Positions 15,959-24,737 of a DNA stretch of 37,724 nucleotides are shown one piece after another. The stretch's first letter is position 1; the number at the start of each line of letters is the position of its first letter. This stretch comes from a virus. Its lineage: Duplodnaviria; Caudoviricetes. The notes under the pieces are model-generated. The model was not told where the DNA came from, did not search any database, and saw nothing but the letters and a program-made list of their open reading frames with translations. The translations under genes and the position numbers were made by a program. The DNA is taken from the IMG/VR virus record IMGVR_UViG_3300020057_000084, positions 1 through 37,724 of that record. One strand, written 5' to 3'.

Positions 15959-16854
15959 ATTTCATTCTCCTCACTAATAATTGGTGGTAAGTTTAAAAAT
16001 TCCCAGGTTTTCTTTAAACCTTCCTCTAGCGGTGTCTCATGGTAGTTAGTCATCGTGTTTAGCTTCTTATGTGAGGCTAGGAAATTCCAAATCTCTTGAG
16101 TTCTGGCAGGCTGATGTACTACCCTAGCTCTTTTGCCTGAAATCTTCTCAATTGTCTCTAGCAGTGTGGCTATCTCTATATCTAGTGAACTACCTACATT
16201 TACGGTCTGATTCCTAAAAGAATCGGTCATCCCCTCTACTAATACATCTACTACATCATCTACATAACTAAATGCTCTTTTCATCTTGCCTTTTCCAAAT
16301 AAGGTAACTTTCTTATCCTCCATAATATTACGCATGATCAAAGCCACTACATTCTTATAGGGATTAGTCATGTCTTGATGAGGACCGTAGATGTTGTGAG
16401 GTCTGAAAATTGTATAGTCAAAGTTATGTACCTTAGCTAGTATCTTAAGTATCTGCTCACAGGCTAGCTTATTGACTCCGTACACATCTTTAGGCTTAGG
16501 TATATCATCCTCGCCATAAGGAACTTCTACCTCTCCATAAACTGCTACGCTTGAGGTATATATAAATCGTTTTACCTTAACATTAATTGAGGGGACTAGA
16601 ACATTTAAGAAGATATTAAGATTACGCTCTGTCATGTCTTGAGGAGATACTTGACCACGACTTTCGGCACTTTGGGCAGCTAGATGATAAACTATATCGG
16701 GCTTGTGATGCTCGATAAATTTCTTTGTTATTTCTTTATCTCGTAAATCTACTCCTAATCTTCTTGAAACAGGTATAACTTTATGATCTTCATGTAAGCG
16801 CTTGTACAAATTAGTTCCTATTAACCCTGTAGCTCCTGTAATTAGTACTTTCAT
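15952..16854 (-). CDS. NAD-dependent nucleotide-sugar epimerase / dehydratase / reductase (extended SDR)
   Basis: TGATGLIG, HLAA, SSVAVYG, YGVNK and RPHNIYGP. Confidence 0.92.
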   Translation of the reverse strand: MKVLITGATGLIGTNLYKRLHEDHKVIPVSRRLGVDLRDKEITKKFIEHHKPDIVYHLAAQSAESRGQVSPQDMTERNLNIFLNVLVPSINVKVKRFIYTSSVAVYGEVEVPYGEDDIPKPKDVYGVNKLACEQILKILAKVHNFDYTIFRPHNIYGPHQDMTNPYKNVVALIMRNIMEDKKVTLFGKGKMKRAFSYVDDVVDVLVEGMTDSFRNQTVNVGSSLDIEIATLLETIEKISGKRARVVHQPARTQEIWNFLASHKKLNTMTNYHETPLEEGLKKTWEFLNLPPIISEENEIS

Positions 16855-18008
16855 GTGTAAAACTCTTTAATCGATTCGATTATATAATCTACCATCTCAT
16901 CTGTTAAGTCCGGATGCACACTTACAAACATTCCCTCAGTCATAACCTTATCTGATATAGGTAATTCTGTAGCTATTCTGCCAAAGTTAAAAAAGCCTGG
17001 TTGTCTTGTAATATTCCCTCCAAAGATAGTTCTAGTTTCTATTTGTCTATTCTCTAAGAACTCTCTTAATGCTCCACGTTTCTTAGCAAATAAAGGAAAT
17101 CCAAACCAACTACAATCAGGATAGTTGTTTAATAACTCAATTTCTGGAATAGATTTTAAACTGTCATATAGTTTATCGTAATTGTGTAGACGTTTCTCTT
17201 TAATAATAGGAAGTTTTCTGAGTTGCGTTCTTCCCATAGCGCACTGCAATTCTAAAGGCTTTACATTAAATCCCATATATTGAAATAGATAGCGTGCCGG
17301 GTAATCTTCCGGGATACCCTTGAGTTTTTTCTTATCATCTATACCGTCATAACCGCCCATTCTTCCCCATTCCCTAAGTGAAGCTGCACGCCTTCCGTAG
17401 TCATCGTTATTAGTAAATACTGCTCCACCTTCTCCCATACAAAGTATGTGTGCAGCATGAAATGAAGTCGCACAGATGTCGAAGTATGATTCAATAGGCT
17501 TTCCTTTCCAAGTGCCTCCAAAGCCATCTGCATTATCAAGAATCGTTATTAAGTTATGCTTTTTAGCAATTTTAAGTATTTTATCTATCTGAGGGATACT
17601 TCCTGCTATCGCTACGACTAAAATAGCCTCAGTTTCTGAAGTAATAGCTTTTTCGATCAAATCAGGGTTCATTCCTAGCGTATCTGCCTCTACATCTATA
17701 AAGACTGGTTTTAGATGATTGTAGTAGAGAGAGCTTATTGTTGTAGGAAAATGAACTGCACCTGTAATAATCTCTGATTCCTCTGGAAGATTAAGTGCTG
17801 CGTAAGCTACCAATAACGCTGAAGAGCCTGAGTTGGTTAGCGTTGCATACTTTAAACCTGTAAACTCTGCTAATTCCTTCTCAAGAGCCTTACCTTCCTC
17901 GTCTATTGTCCACCAATTTCTATCTAAGACTTTTTGAATAGCATCAAAATCTTCCTTGTCCGTAAAAGCTCCGCCATATTTTAGTCTGTCTATTCCTTTT
18001 TTAAACAT
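16851..18008 (-). CDS. DegT/DnrJ-fold PLP enzyme, His-type (ColD/RfbH-like 3-dehydratase)
   Basis: NSGSSAL; TSFHAAHILCMGEGG has His at the position of the usual Lys; TRTIFGGNI. Confidence 0.85.
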   Translation of the reverse strand: MFKKGIDRLKYGGAFTDKEDFDAIQKVLDRNWWTIDEEGKALEKELAEFTGLKYATLTNSGSSALLVAYAALNLPEESEIITGAVHFPTTISSLYYNHLKPVFIDVEADTLGMNPDLIEKAITSETEAILVVAIAGSIPQIDKILKIAKKHNLITILDNADGFGGTWKGKPIESYFDICATSFHAAHILCMGEGGAVFTNNDDYGRRAASLREWGRMGGYDGIDDKKKLKGIPEDYPARYLFQYMGFNVKPLELQCAMGRTQLRKLPIIKEKRLHNYDKLYDSLKSIPEIELLNNYPDCSWFGFPLFAKKRGALREFLENRQIETRTIFGGNITRQPGFFNFGRIATELPISDKVMTEGMFVSVHPDLTDEMVDYIIESIKEFYT

Positions 18009-18474
18009 TTTTAAATCCCATCGTTATTGCTCGTTTTTCAGAAACATGGTCATATTTAACATGGCACTTTCTACATAGCCATATCCAATCTGTTAAATCT
18101 CTTTTATATTCCCCGCTTTTATTAGCGAGATCAAGAGGCTTAACTTCACTGCATAAATTACAAGCTAGAGGTTTAGCTAGTTTTTTATGTACCCATTCAT
18201 GTAAAGCTGAATAACCAACCTTATCACCTTTCCACATAGGATTATTTTTCCCTGAAAATTTATTAGTACCTACAAACCAAGGAATCTGCCCCTTATTAGC
18301 AATACTTATTTTTCTTTTATGGTCTTCGGATAGTTTTAAACCACGGTTATGGTGTCCATGAATATATTGTTTTGGCTGTCCCTTAATCCAGCCATATATT
18401 CTTGACGTATATTTAGCTATTGGTGCGGAATTACCACAATCACATTTACAAAAATTATTTAAATCCTTCTTCAT
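18001..18474 (-). CDS. Free-standing HNH endonuclease with NUMOD3-like motif
   Basis: CKCDCG, SEDHKRKISIANKG, GYSALHEWV, CNLC and LCRKCH. Confidence 0.8.
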   Translation of the reverse strand: MKKDLNNFCKCDCGNSAPIAKYTSRIYGWIKGQPKQYIHGHHNRGLKLSEDHKRKISIANKGQIPWFVGTNKFSGKNNPMWKGDKVGYSALHEWVHKKLAKPLACNLCSEVKPLDLANKSGEYKRDLTDWIWLCRKCHVKYDHVSEKRAITMGFKNV

Positions 18475-20020
18475 ATTTCTCTAACCAAGGCTGTACAATT
18501 TCTAACATATTATCTCTCATCCATTGTACAGTATCTTTATTATCTATTTTAGGTGGTATTGTATATTGTAAATCAATTTGGTCATCTATTTCTTGGGTTC
18601 TTATAAGAGGCAATTTACCTTGTTCTGTCATTTCTTTCATCCACAGAAATTGTGGATCGTTTAAGCGTCTTTCTCTTAACAAACCGTGCTCAGGCGTTCC
18701 CTCAAGAGTTTTCCAGTGATCTATACAAGTAGCTACATTTGTTTCGTCAATCATTATCCTAAAGCCTGACCTTAGCGCCCTATAAGCAAAGTCAGTGTTA
18801 TCAAAACCCAGTCCCTCATCAAAGAACTCCCACCAGCCACCAAGTGCCTCTGCTATGTTTCTTGGTATTGCTCCAAAGTTCTGCTCAAAGTCATAAGGGT
18901 TTTGGGAGTATCTAAGCTCCTTATTTTGTATCCGTACATTCCTGCGCATAAACTTTCCTTTAACATCAAGATTGCCCCTAAACCAATCCTCTGATTCGAT
19001 ATCAGGTTTGATCTTGGGAGTAAAGTACATATCAACTGGCGCAATAAGACAATCCGGATTCTTCCTATGCACACTGACCAATTCTTCAATGGAGGTTGGG
19101 GAGATTAGTATGAAGTCCTGTAGTAGAACCATAAGTTCCCCTGTTGAGTTTTGAAAGCCTGTATTATTAGCGTTCACAAGCCCGTACGTTCGCGCTACAG
19201 CCCTTTTCTTGCCCCTGACGTACTTTATGTCAAGCCCGTACTTTTTAGCATATTCCGAGGCCATGATTGAGCGATCAGTTTTGTAGTCATCAACTATGAC
19301 CCATTCAAAGTTTTTATAGGTCTGTTTTGACAAGTTATCTGCCATGATGTTCCACCACCCACGTCTATTTGTAGGAGTAATGATTGAGACCTTAATAGAT
19401 TGATCCTTGCTCTTAAACTCTTTTGCCCAGTCGATTGCTATCTTATCCCATGTATAATCTTTTGCAGCACCTATCCCTTCAGTTTGTAATTCCTCCCACT
19501 TGTCTTTATTTCCCATTAAATGAAGTAACTCCTTAATGTATTCTTTCTTTACGCTTGAGTTATAAATATCGCCCTTGACTATCACCCTCCCCTCCGTGTA
19601 TTCGCCAAGAGCTGCGAGATCAAGGGTTATTGGCACACAGCCATCAAGTTGTGCTTCCATAGCTGAGATACAAAATATTTCGGTAAAATCACTGGTGTAG
19701 GCTAGAATCCCACACTTTTTCCTTAGATCCTGAAGCTCTTTTTTACCCAATCTGCCATGATGCACAATCCCCTCCTGATCCATTAACGCAGAAACTCTCT
19801 CTTTCCATGCAAGGCGTTCCGTGTTGCCAAGTGTCACTGCGTCGAATAGGTCCCAGCCATAAGCTATGTGAAGCTCTGCATCCTCAAAAGCTTCTTTAAT
19901 CTCTGGCCACATAGTCAAGAGGATATTTAAGCCTCTATCATATGAGGACGCCCATAATAATTTATGTTGTCTTATTGTGCCTGCCATATAATCCTCTCCG
20001 TACAATTTCTCATATCCCAT
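18455..20020 (-). CDS. Glycosyltransferase: C-terminal half of a GT-B enzyme fused to a GT2 domain
   Basis: SSYDRGL and EIFCISAMEAQ (GT-B donor domain), then VSIITPT, EWVIVDD, LQD and GFDNTD (GT2). Confidence 0.85.
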   Translation of the reverse strand: MGYEKLYGEDYMAGTIRQHKLLWASSYDRGLNILLTMWPEIKEAFEDAELHIAYGWDLFDAVTLGNTERLAWKERVSALMDQEGIVHHGRLGKKELQDLRKKCGILAYTSDFTEIFCISAMEAQLDGCVPITLDLAALGEYTEGRVIVKGDIYNSSVKKEYIKELLHLMGNKDKWEELQTEGIGAAKDYTWDKIAIDWAKEFKSKDQSIKVSIITPTNRRGWWNIMADNLSKQTYKNFEWVIVDDYKTDRSIMASEYAKKYGLDIKYVRGKKRAVARTYGLVNANNTGFQNSTGELMVLLQDFILISPTSIEELVSVHRKNPDCLIAPVDMYFTPKIKPDIESEDWFRGNLDVKGKFMRRNVRIQNKELRYSQNPYDFEQNFGAIPRNIAEALGGWWEFFDEGLGFDNTDFAYRALRSGFRIMIDETNVATCIDHWKTLEGTPEHGLLRERRLNDPQFLWMKEMTEQGKLPLIRTQEIDDQIDLQYTIPPKIDNKDTVQWMRDNMLEIVQPWLEKYEEGFK

Positions 20021-21785
20021 TCCCCACTATTAAGAACTTCTCGTCAGGTATCTCTGGCGCACACTCCCTGTGGTACTTACTCTTAACCATGAATTTATCA
20101 ATGTGTGGCAATAATTCTTTATAGTCGACGCCTCCCCAGATATCATGGAGATCAACCAAGAACTTCTTAGCTTTAACTTTATTAGCTAGCCCTCCATTTC
20201 TCCACTGGACAAATATGTTGAAGTTGTCTCTGGGGTTGAAGTGGAAATAGGGTAAGTAAGTAACGCCATTAATAATTCCCTTATCTTGGCCAGGATCACC
20301 ATACACTGTCACCTTATACCCTAGCTTTGTCCATTCCTCAGCCAGTTTGATAACAGCAGTCTCGCTTCCACCAATACCCTTACTCAGAGACTTACCCGAC
20401 CATTCCTCAAAGTGTTTACCAAAGTTTGCAAAGTAACATATCTCATTTGGCTCCCATGTTCTCGGAGTTGAATACTTATTTATAAGTCCATGTGCAAAAG
20501 GCTGAGCAATTATTGCCTCTGGTAGTTCCTTAATTAGTGGCGCGATCCTTTCTGTCTCCCCTATCTCATCTAAGTATCTTGCGAGCTTGTCTACATTCCC
20601 GCATGCTTCATTCAATTTATCTAAACTCTCAAGCATAACGATAGTATCGTAGTTTTGGGGTGTTGGAGCCTCTGAGTAGAGCAGGTTAGCTGACTCAAGG
20701 GCTTTTTTGGTATCTCTCTGGTAGTTATAGTTAAGTTTGAGGGAAAGTTCTGCAAACATTAACTTCATCGCCTTGTAATTAGTAAGGTTTGAACCCTTAT
20801 TATCTATGTTCATATTTGAGGCTATTTCAGCCCAATATTTAGCAAAAGCGTACTCCTTGAGGTTAAAATAAGCTGTAGCTAGTCTTATATATATAAGTGG
20901 CTGATAGGGCCATTCTGCTATTGCCCTGTGGAACACCTCAGTAGCTTCCTTAAACTCCTGTTTCTTACCACAGACTATCCCCATCTGTTCTAATGCCGTA
21001 GCTCGCTCTTCGTTCCAGCCTGATTTAGTCAGATAGTCCTCGCCCATCTCAATGACCTTGCCCCACTGTTCGGGGATGTCCTGCTCTGCATAGATTTTCA
21101 TTAGATAGAGTAGCGTTCTGGGGTCCACCATGTTATTAAGTCGTTCATCCTTTAGCTCAAGCTCTAGTATTCTCTTGTTTCTATCCATCTTGGCCTGAAT
21201 TGCCTCTGGATCTTTAACCTGAGCCGTGTGCATCACCACAATGTCTTGCCCCTTCCCCGGCTCGTATGGATAGGTGGTATAGTTGTTTTTAACACCTGTT
21301 ACGGGTACTGGTGTTTCATGTAGTCGCTTACGCCAAATAGTCACACCTGGTTTAAGTAGGCGCTCTCGCATTTGCTCCATCTCTACGCTTTTTAATGTTT
21401 CTGGGCTTGGCTCTCCACTAAACTCACAGCCATACCAGTATGTGAAGAACACAACATCTTGTGCATTTGCTTTTGCTATTGCTCCAACTTCTCTTAGTTT
21501 CTCTCCACCTATTAAGATATCGTCAGCGTCCATCCAGAAGATAAAGTCAGCATCTTCCTTAACCTGGCTGAAATTAAAAGTACGCATGTCAGCGAAATTA
21601 TCATTCCATTTCTTATAAGAGTAGTTGACTCCTCTTTTCTCCATGTGATACTGGATCTTGTCAGTCTTTTCTCCATTGGCTGTAACGTATACAGCATCAA
21701 CAAATGGCTGCACTGAATCTATCGCCTTGTTAAGGCTAGAAAGCTCTGAGTTGTCTTTAACTATTAGGCAGGCAACAATCTTCAT
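20010..21785 (-). CDS. GT2-TPR glycosyltransferase fused to the N-terminal half of a GT-B enzyme
   Basis: CLIVKD, WNDNFADMR, WMDADD, HE, TPR-like helices, then GIGGSETAV...VTVY...KSKYH...NGI. Confidence 0.85.
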   Translation of the reverse strand: MKIVACLIVKDNSELSSLNKAIDSVQPFVDAVYVTANGEKTDKIQYHMEKRGVNYSYKKWNDNFADMRTFNFSQVKEDADFIFWMDADDILIGGEKLREVGAIAKANAQDVVFFTYWYGCEFSGEPSPETLKSVEMEQMRERLLKPGVTIWRKRLHETPVPVTGVKNNYTTYPYEPGKGQDIVVMHTAQVKDPEAIQAKMDRNKRILELELKDERLNNMVDPRTLLYLMKIYAEQDIPEQWGKVIEMGEDYLTKSGWNEERATALEQMGIVCGKKQEFKEATEVFHRAIAEWPYQPLIYIRLATAYFNLKEYAFAKYWAEIASNMNIDNKGSNLTNYKAMKLMFAELSLKLNYNYQRDTKKALESANLLYSEAPTPQNYDTIVMLESLDKLNEACGNVDKLARYLDEIGETERIAPLIKELPEAIIAQPFAHGLINKYSTPRTWEPNEICYFANFGKHFEEWSGKSLSKGIGGSETAVIKLAEEWTKLGYKVTVYGDPGQDKGIINGVTYLPYFHFNPRDNFNIFVQWRNGGLANKVKAKKFLVDLHDIWGGVDYKELLPHIDKFMVKSKYHRECAPEIPDEKFLIVGNGI

Positions 21786-22174
21786 ATCTTATAATTACTT
21801 GTGCTTAGGAATGGGTATCTTTGTATTAGTAGGTGTAGAAAATCCTTATCGTTCATCTTCTGATCTGGGAGCATGGTTTTGACTAGTTTGAATAATCTGG
21901 TGGGGTATGAGACGGGGAAGTAGCCGAAATCTTTTGCTTCTGCAACACTTCTTTCAACTGAGAGGTCGTATTTTAATTGCTTAATCCAGTCCGTCTTTTC
22001 CTGGGGATAGAATCTAGTCCATATTTCCATTATGGTGTCTAGCATTACCCACCCTGGGTTAGTAGAGCAGTCAGTTGGATTACCTAGCTTATCACTGACC
22101 CTTATTAAGCCAAGCATGACTGCGGTCGAAGGTTTGCTTGCTGATTCGTATTGGATCACAGGCTCTTGCTTCAT
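21782..22174 (-). CDS. Hypothetical protein heading the glycosylation operon
   Basis: 4-nt overlap with the GT2-TPR gene; has its own family promoter. Confidence 0.65.
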   Translation of the reverse strand: MKQEPVIQYESASKPSTAVMLGLIRVSDKLGNPTDCSTNPGWVMLDTIMEIWTRFYPQEKTDWIKQLKYDLSVERSVAEAKDFGYFPVSYPTRLFKLVKTMLPDQKMNDKDFLHLLIQRYPFLSTSNYKI

Positions 22175-22181
22175 TAGGGAG

Positions 22182-22212
22182 ATGGTAAAGCATAGTTTCT
22201 AGAGGTTGTCAA
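22182..22212 (-). promoter_or_regulatory. Late-type promoter, leaderless geometry
   Basis: TTGACA-ACCTCT..19bp-TACCAT-7nt-ATG (22174). Confidence 0.7.
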
Positions 22213-22282
22213 ATTAAGGACAGTTTAGTGTATAAAAGTGATACCAACTATCTAGGCGGGTGTGTCTTCACTGTCAGATACT

Positions 22283-22316
22283 AAAAAGCCCCTACCCGTT
22301 GCATAGGTAGAGGCTT
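22283..22316 (-). terminator. Intrinsic terminator after the major capsid gene
   Basis: AAGCCTCTACC..GGTAGGGGCTT stem followed by a T-run. Confidence 0.8.
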
Positions 22317-22349
22317 ATTTAGTTTTCCGCTATCTTTCGAGGTTAGCGA

Positions 22350-23273
22350 TTAGAGTCCAGTACTGTAACCAGTTCTACGTGCTGATCCGCGTTGTGCGAA
22401 ACCAACAACTGTAAATTCAGTTATATACTGACCGTTATCACGATCACCGTCTTTTGATAGTTCTTCCCACTTTGGTTCTCTTCCTGTTAAGAAAGCGTGT
22501 TTCCAAAGATCTTCCCTAAGAGCGAGTACTGTTACAGTACCAGCTGCAGAGTTTAAGTCTTTATGAGGGATAATCATTACTGATTGTCCAACTTGAGAGT
22601 CATAAACCCTAACTTGATTAACCAATCTCTTAGATGTTGCATCAATATTCCTTGTAAGGTTTGATGTAAATCCTGAGATTCTTCGGCTAATTACCATAGG
22701 GCAAACGATTACGTCAGAGACGTATTCTGAACCCACTTGAGTCCAGACATCATTTAAGATGTCGTTCAATTCTGTTTCTGTAAACGAAGTACCAGATGCT
22801 CTAGCTGTTACGTTTGTAGAGATCATTCCGGTAATACCAGAGAGTCCTCTTGCTACTCCAGAACTTCCTGATGCGAATGCTCCGTTAAGAGTTAACCATT
22901 CCATATCAGCCTTAAGCCTTTTAAGAGCTTCAGATTTCTGAAATACCATTGGATCTTCACCAGTAGCGTTAGATATTGCCTGTACTGTTCCTGAAACTCT
23001 AACAGGTCGTGAAACGATTGCTGTAGCGTTCTGGGTTCTAACAGGAGTATCTAGGTCGCCATAAGTAGCTGCGTCTCCTTCAATAGAAGCTGTAACCGTT
23101 GTAGGTCTAGCTGTATTGTAGGTAACCCACTCGTGCAGAGTGTTTGTAGCTGCTGGAGCTTTGCCTAAATTTGAAACAAAATAATTATCGGTATTAGGAG
23201 ATATGTCTTTTAAGATACTCAAAAGACTCTCCCTTCTATCGGTAGTATTGCTTGATTGCTGTCCAAATGCCAT
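22350..23273 (-). CDS. Major capsid protein (DUF5309 / SU10-like, HK97 fold)
   Basis: RESL..I..ISP, HEW, EGDAA, VSGT, LKADME and GQYITEFT; strong AGGAGG; followed by a terminator. Confidence 0.85.
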   Translation of the reverse strand: MAFGQQSSNTTDRRESLLSILKDISPNTDNYFVSNLGKAPAATNTLHEWVTYNTARPTTVTASIEGDAATYGDLDTPVRTQNATAIVSRPVRVSGTVQAISNATGEDPMVFQKSEALKRLKADMEWLTLNGAFASGSSGVARGLSGITGMISTNVTARASGTSFTETELNDILNDVWTQVGSEYVSDVIVCPMVISRRISGFTSNLTRNIDATSKRLVNQVRVYDSQVGQSVMIIPHKDLNSAAGTVTVLALREDLWKHAFLTGREPKWEELSKDGDRDNGQYITEFTVVGFAQRGSARRTGYSTGL

Positions 23274-23303
23274 TTTATTTATTCACCTCCTTCTTTTTAA
23301 AAG

Positions 23304-24107
23304 CTAGTTACCTGAGGCCTGCAACCTTTTATAGATTGCCTCAGCATCCCCTTGCCTAGTGCCCTCAACCAAGTTATCTTGGTCTAGTGGTTCACTAGAA
23401 CCTGTGCCAGCGCTTGTCTGAGCGCTTGCTTGCTCCCTTGAGGAAATGATTTCTTCTCTCTTAGCTTCTTCAGCTTTTTGAGTAGGGCTTGGATAGTAAT
23501 TCTGCTTAACATTTCGAGCTGCCTTGAGATAGTCTTGTTTGCCTTCTTCTACCAGTTGGCGGGTTAATTCCAGCTTGACTTTATAATCAAACTGTGGATC
23601 AAAGCGATCCCCACTTTCCGCAACAAATTCTGAAAATTCTGCAAACGCTTTTGCTTTTATAAGCTCTAATTTCTCTTGGCGTCTCTCTTGCTGTAGACTA
23701 GCTACTGCATCCTTTGCTTCCTTTGCCTCTCTCTCAGCCTTTGATAGCTTTGAGTTCAAGCGAGCAGTGTCAACGTAACCACCCTCATCAATGAAATCCT
23801 GATCACTAGATGAAGTTTCTCCTGCACTAGGATTTGGTACTTCTGTATCAAATTCCTGGCTGGGTAGGCTTTCGTCTAACATAGGTGGAATAAACTCGAA
23901 GCTCTCTGGATTGCTTCGTGACCCAAGTTGTTCCTTGAGAGCTTTATTAGCTGCTTTTAATTTCTCAAACTCAGCAGTTGTTCTCTCACTCGCCCCGTCA
24001 GGCAGAGTTGGCTCTTGATCTCCCTCTATTGGTTTCTCTTCGCTAGGCATTGGCGTTGCAGTTTGCTCTTCTGCTATATCTTGCCCTTTTAAGTCTGTAT
24101 CCGACAT
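23304..24107 (-). CDS. Capsid scaffolding protein
   Basis: Acidic coiled-coil protein directly upstream of the capsid gene. Confidence 0.7.
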   Translation of the reverse strand: MSDTDLKGQDIAEEQTATPMPSEEKPIEGDQEPTLPDGASERTTAEFEKLKAANKALKEQLGSRSNPESFEFIPPMLDESLPSQEFDTEVPNPSAGETSSSDQDFIDEGGYVDTARLNSKLSKAEREAKEAKDAVASLQQERRQEKLELIKAKAFAEFSEFVAESGDRFDPQFDYKVKLELTRQLVEEGKQDYLKAARNVKQNYYPSPTQKAEEAKREEIISSREQASAQTSAGTGSSEPLDQDNLVEGTRQGDAEAIYKRLQASGN

Positions 24108-24181
24108 GATTTTGACTCCTTTCTTGGTCTTAGGATTGCTCTATTTTAAGACTGAGCATCAGTCTATTAAGACCTAGAGTG

Positions 24182-24212
24182 AGTATGAGGCAAGTATTCG
24201 GGAGGAAATCAA
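24182..24212 (-). promoter_or_regulatory. Late-type promoter for scaffold and capsid
   Basis: TTGATT-TCCTCC..19bp-CATACT. Confidence 0.6.
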
Positions 24213-24221
24213 GAGGGGAAT

Positions 24222-24428
24222 TTAGCCTCGATTAAAGAGTCTCTGAAGCTGTCTGACATCTGGTCCGTACCAGTTATCTCCACACGTACATCTAAGCTCC
24301 GTACTAGAGAATAATGTGGTATTGCTATGGGGACACTTAACAAATTTTAGTTCAGTAGATTCTTTATATCCCTGATTAAGGGCTTCTTCTGATAGTGGTG
24401 GTAAATTCTTACCCTTTGAGTCTGGCAT
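24222..24428 (-). CDS. Small Zn-binding hypothetical protein
   Basis: CPH and CTCG motifs; TAATG coupling with the upstream gene. Confidence 0.6.
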   Translation of the reverse strand: MPDSKGKNLPPLSEEALNQGYKESTELKFVKCPHSNTTLFSSTELRCTCGDNWYGPDVRQLQRLFNRG

Positions 24429-24730
24429 TAATTACCCCCCGCCCAATCCTTTCCAGGGGCCTCTATCTGCTTACTAAACTGATTCATGGCTGACTCTTGT
24501 TGTTCCAGTAGCCTTATGATGTCTGCATAGACAGAGGCTTTAGCAAAAGCAATCTCAACTTCCCTTGTAAAATCTTCACGGGATTTGTAATTGCCTGGGT
24601 CTAATGGTTGTACTCGAGAGAGTTGTTGAAAGACGGGCAAGAGCGTTGATTGATACTCTTTTGACTTATGTAGATTATGTAGGTCTGTTGCCTTGAGTAA
24701 GGATTCTTTTAATTTTGCCTTCTGATCCAT
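24428..24730 (-). CDS. Hypothetical protein downstream of portal
   Basis: Packed, helical 100-aa ORF. Confidence 0.65.
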   Translation of the reverse strand: MDQKAKLKESLLKATDLHNLHKSKEYQSTLLPVFQQLSRVQPLDPGNYKSREDFTREVEIAFAKASVYADIIRLLEQQESAMNQFSKQIEAPGKDWAGGN

Positions 24731-24737
24731 AGTGGAT

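Noticed and set aside
3183-24430. 16-bp match tttgagtctggcatta at 3183-3198 and 24415-24430 (both genes start MPDSK)
   Set aside because: One 16-mer match in 38 kb of AT-rich DNA can arise by chance, and the proteins are otherwise unrelated.
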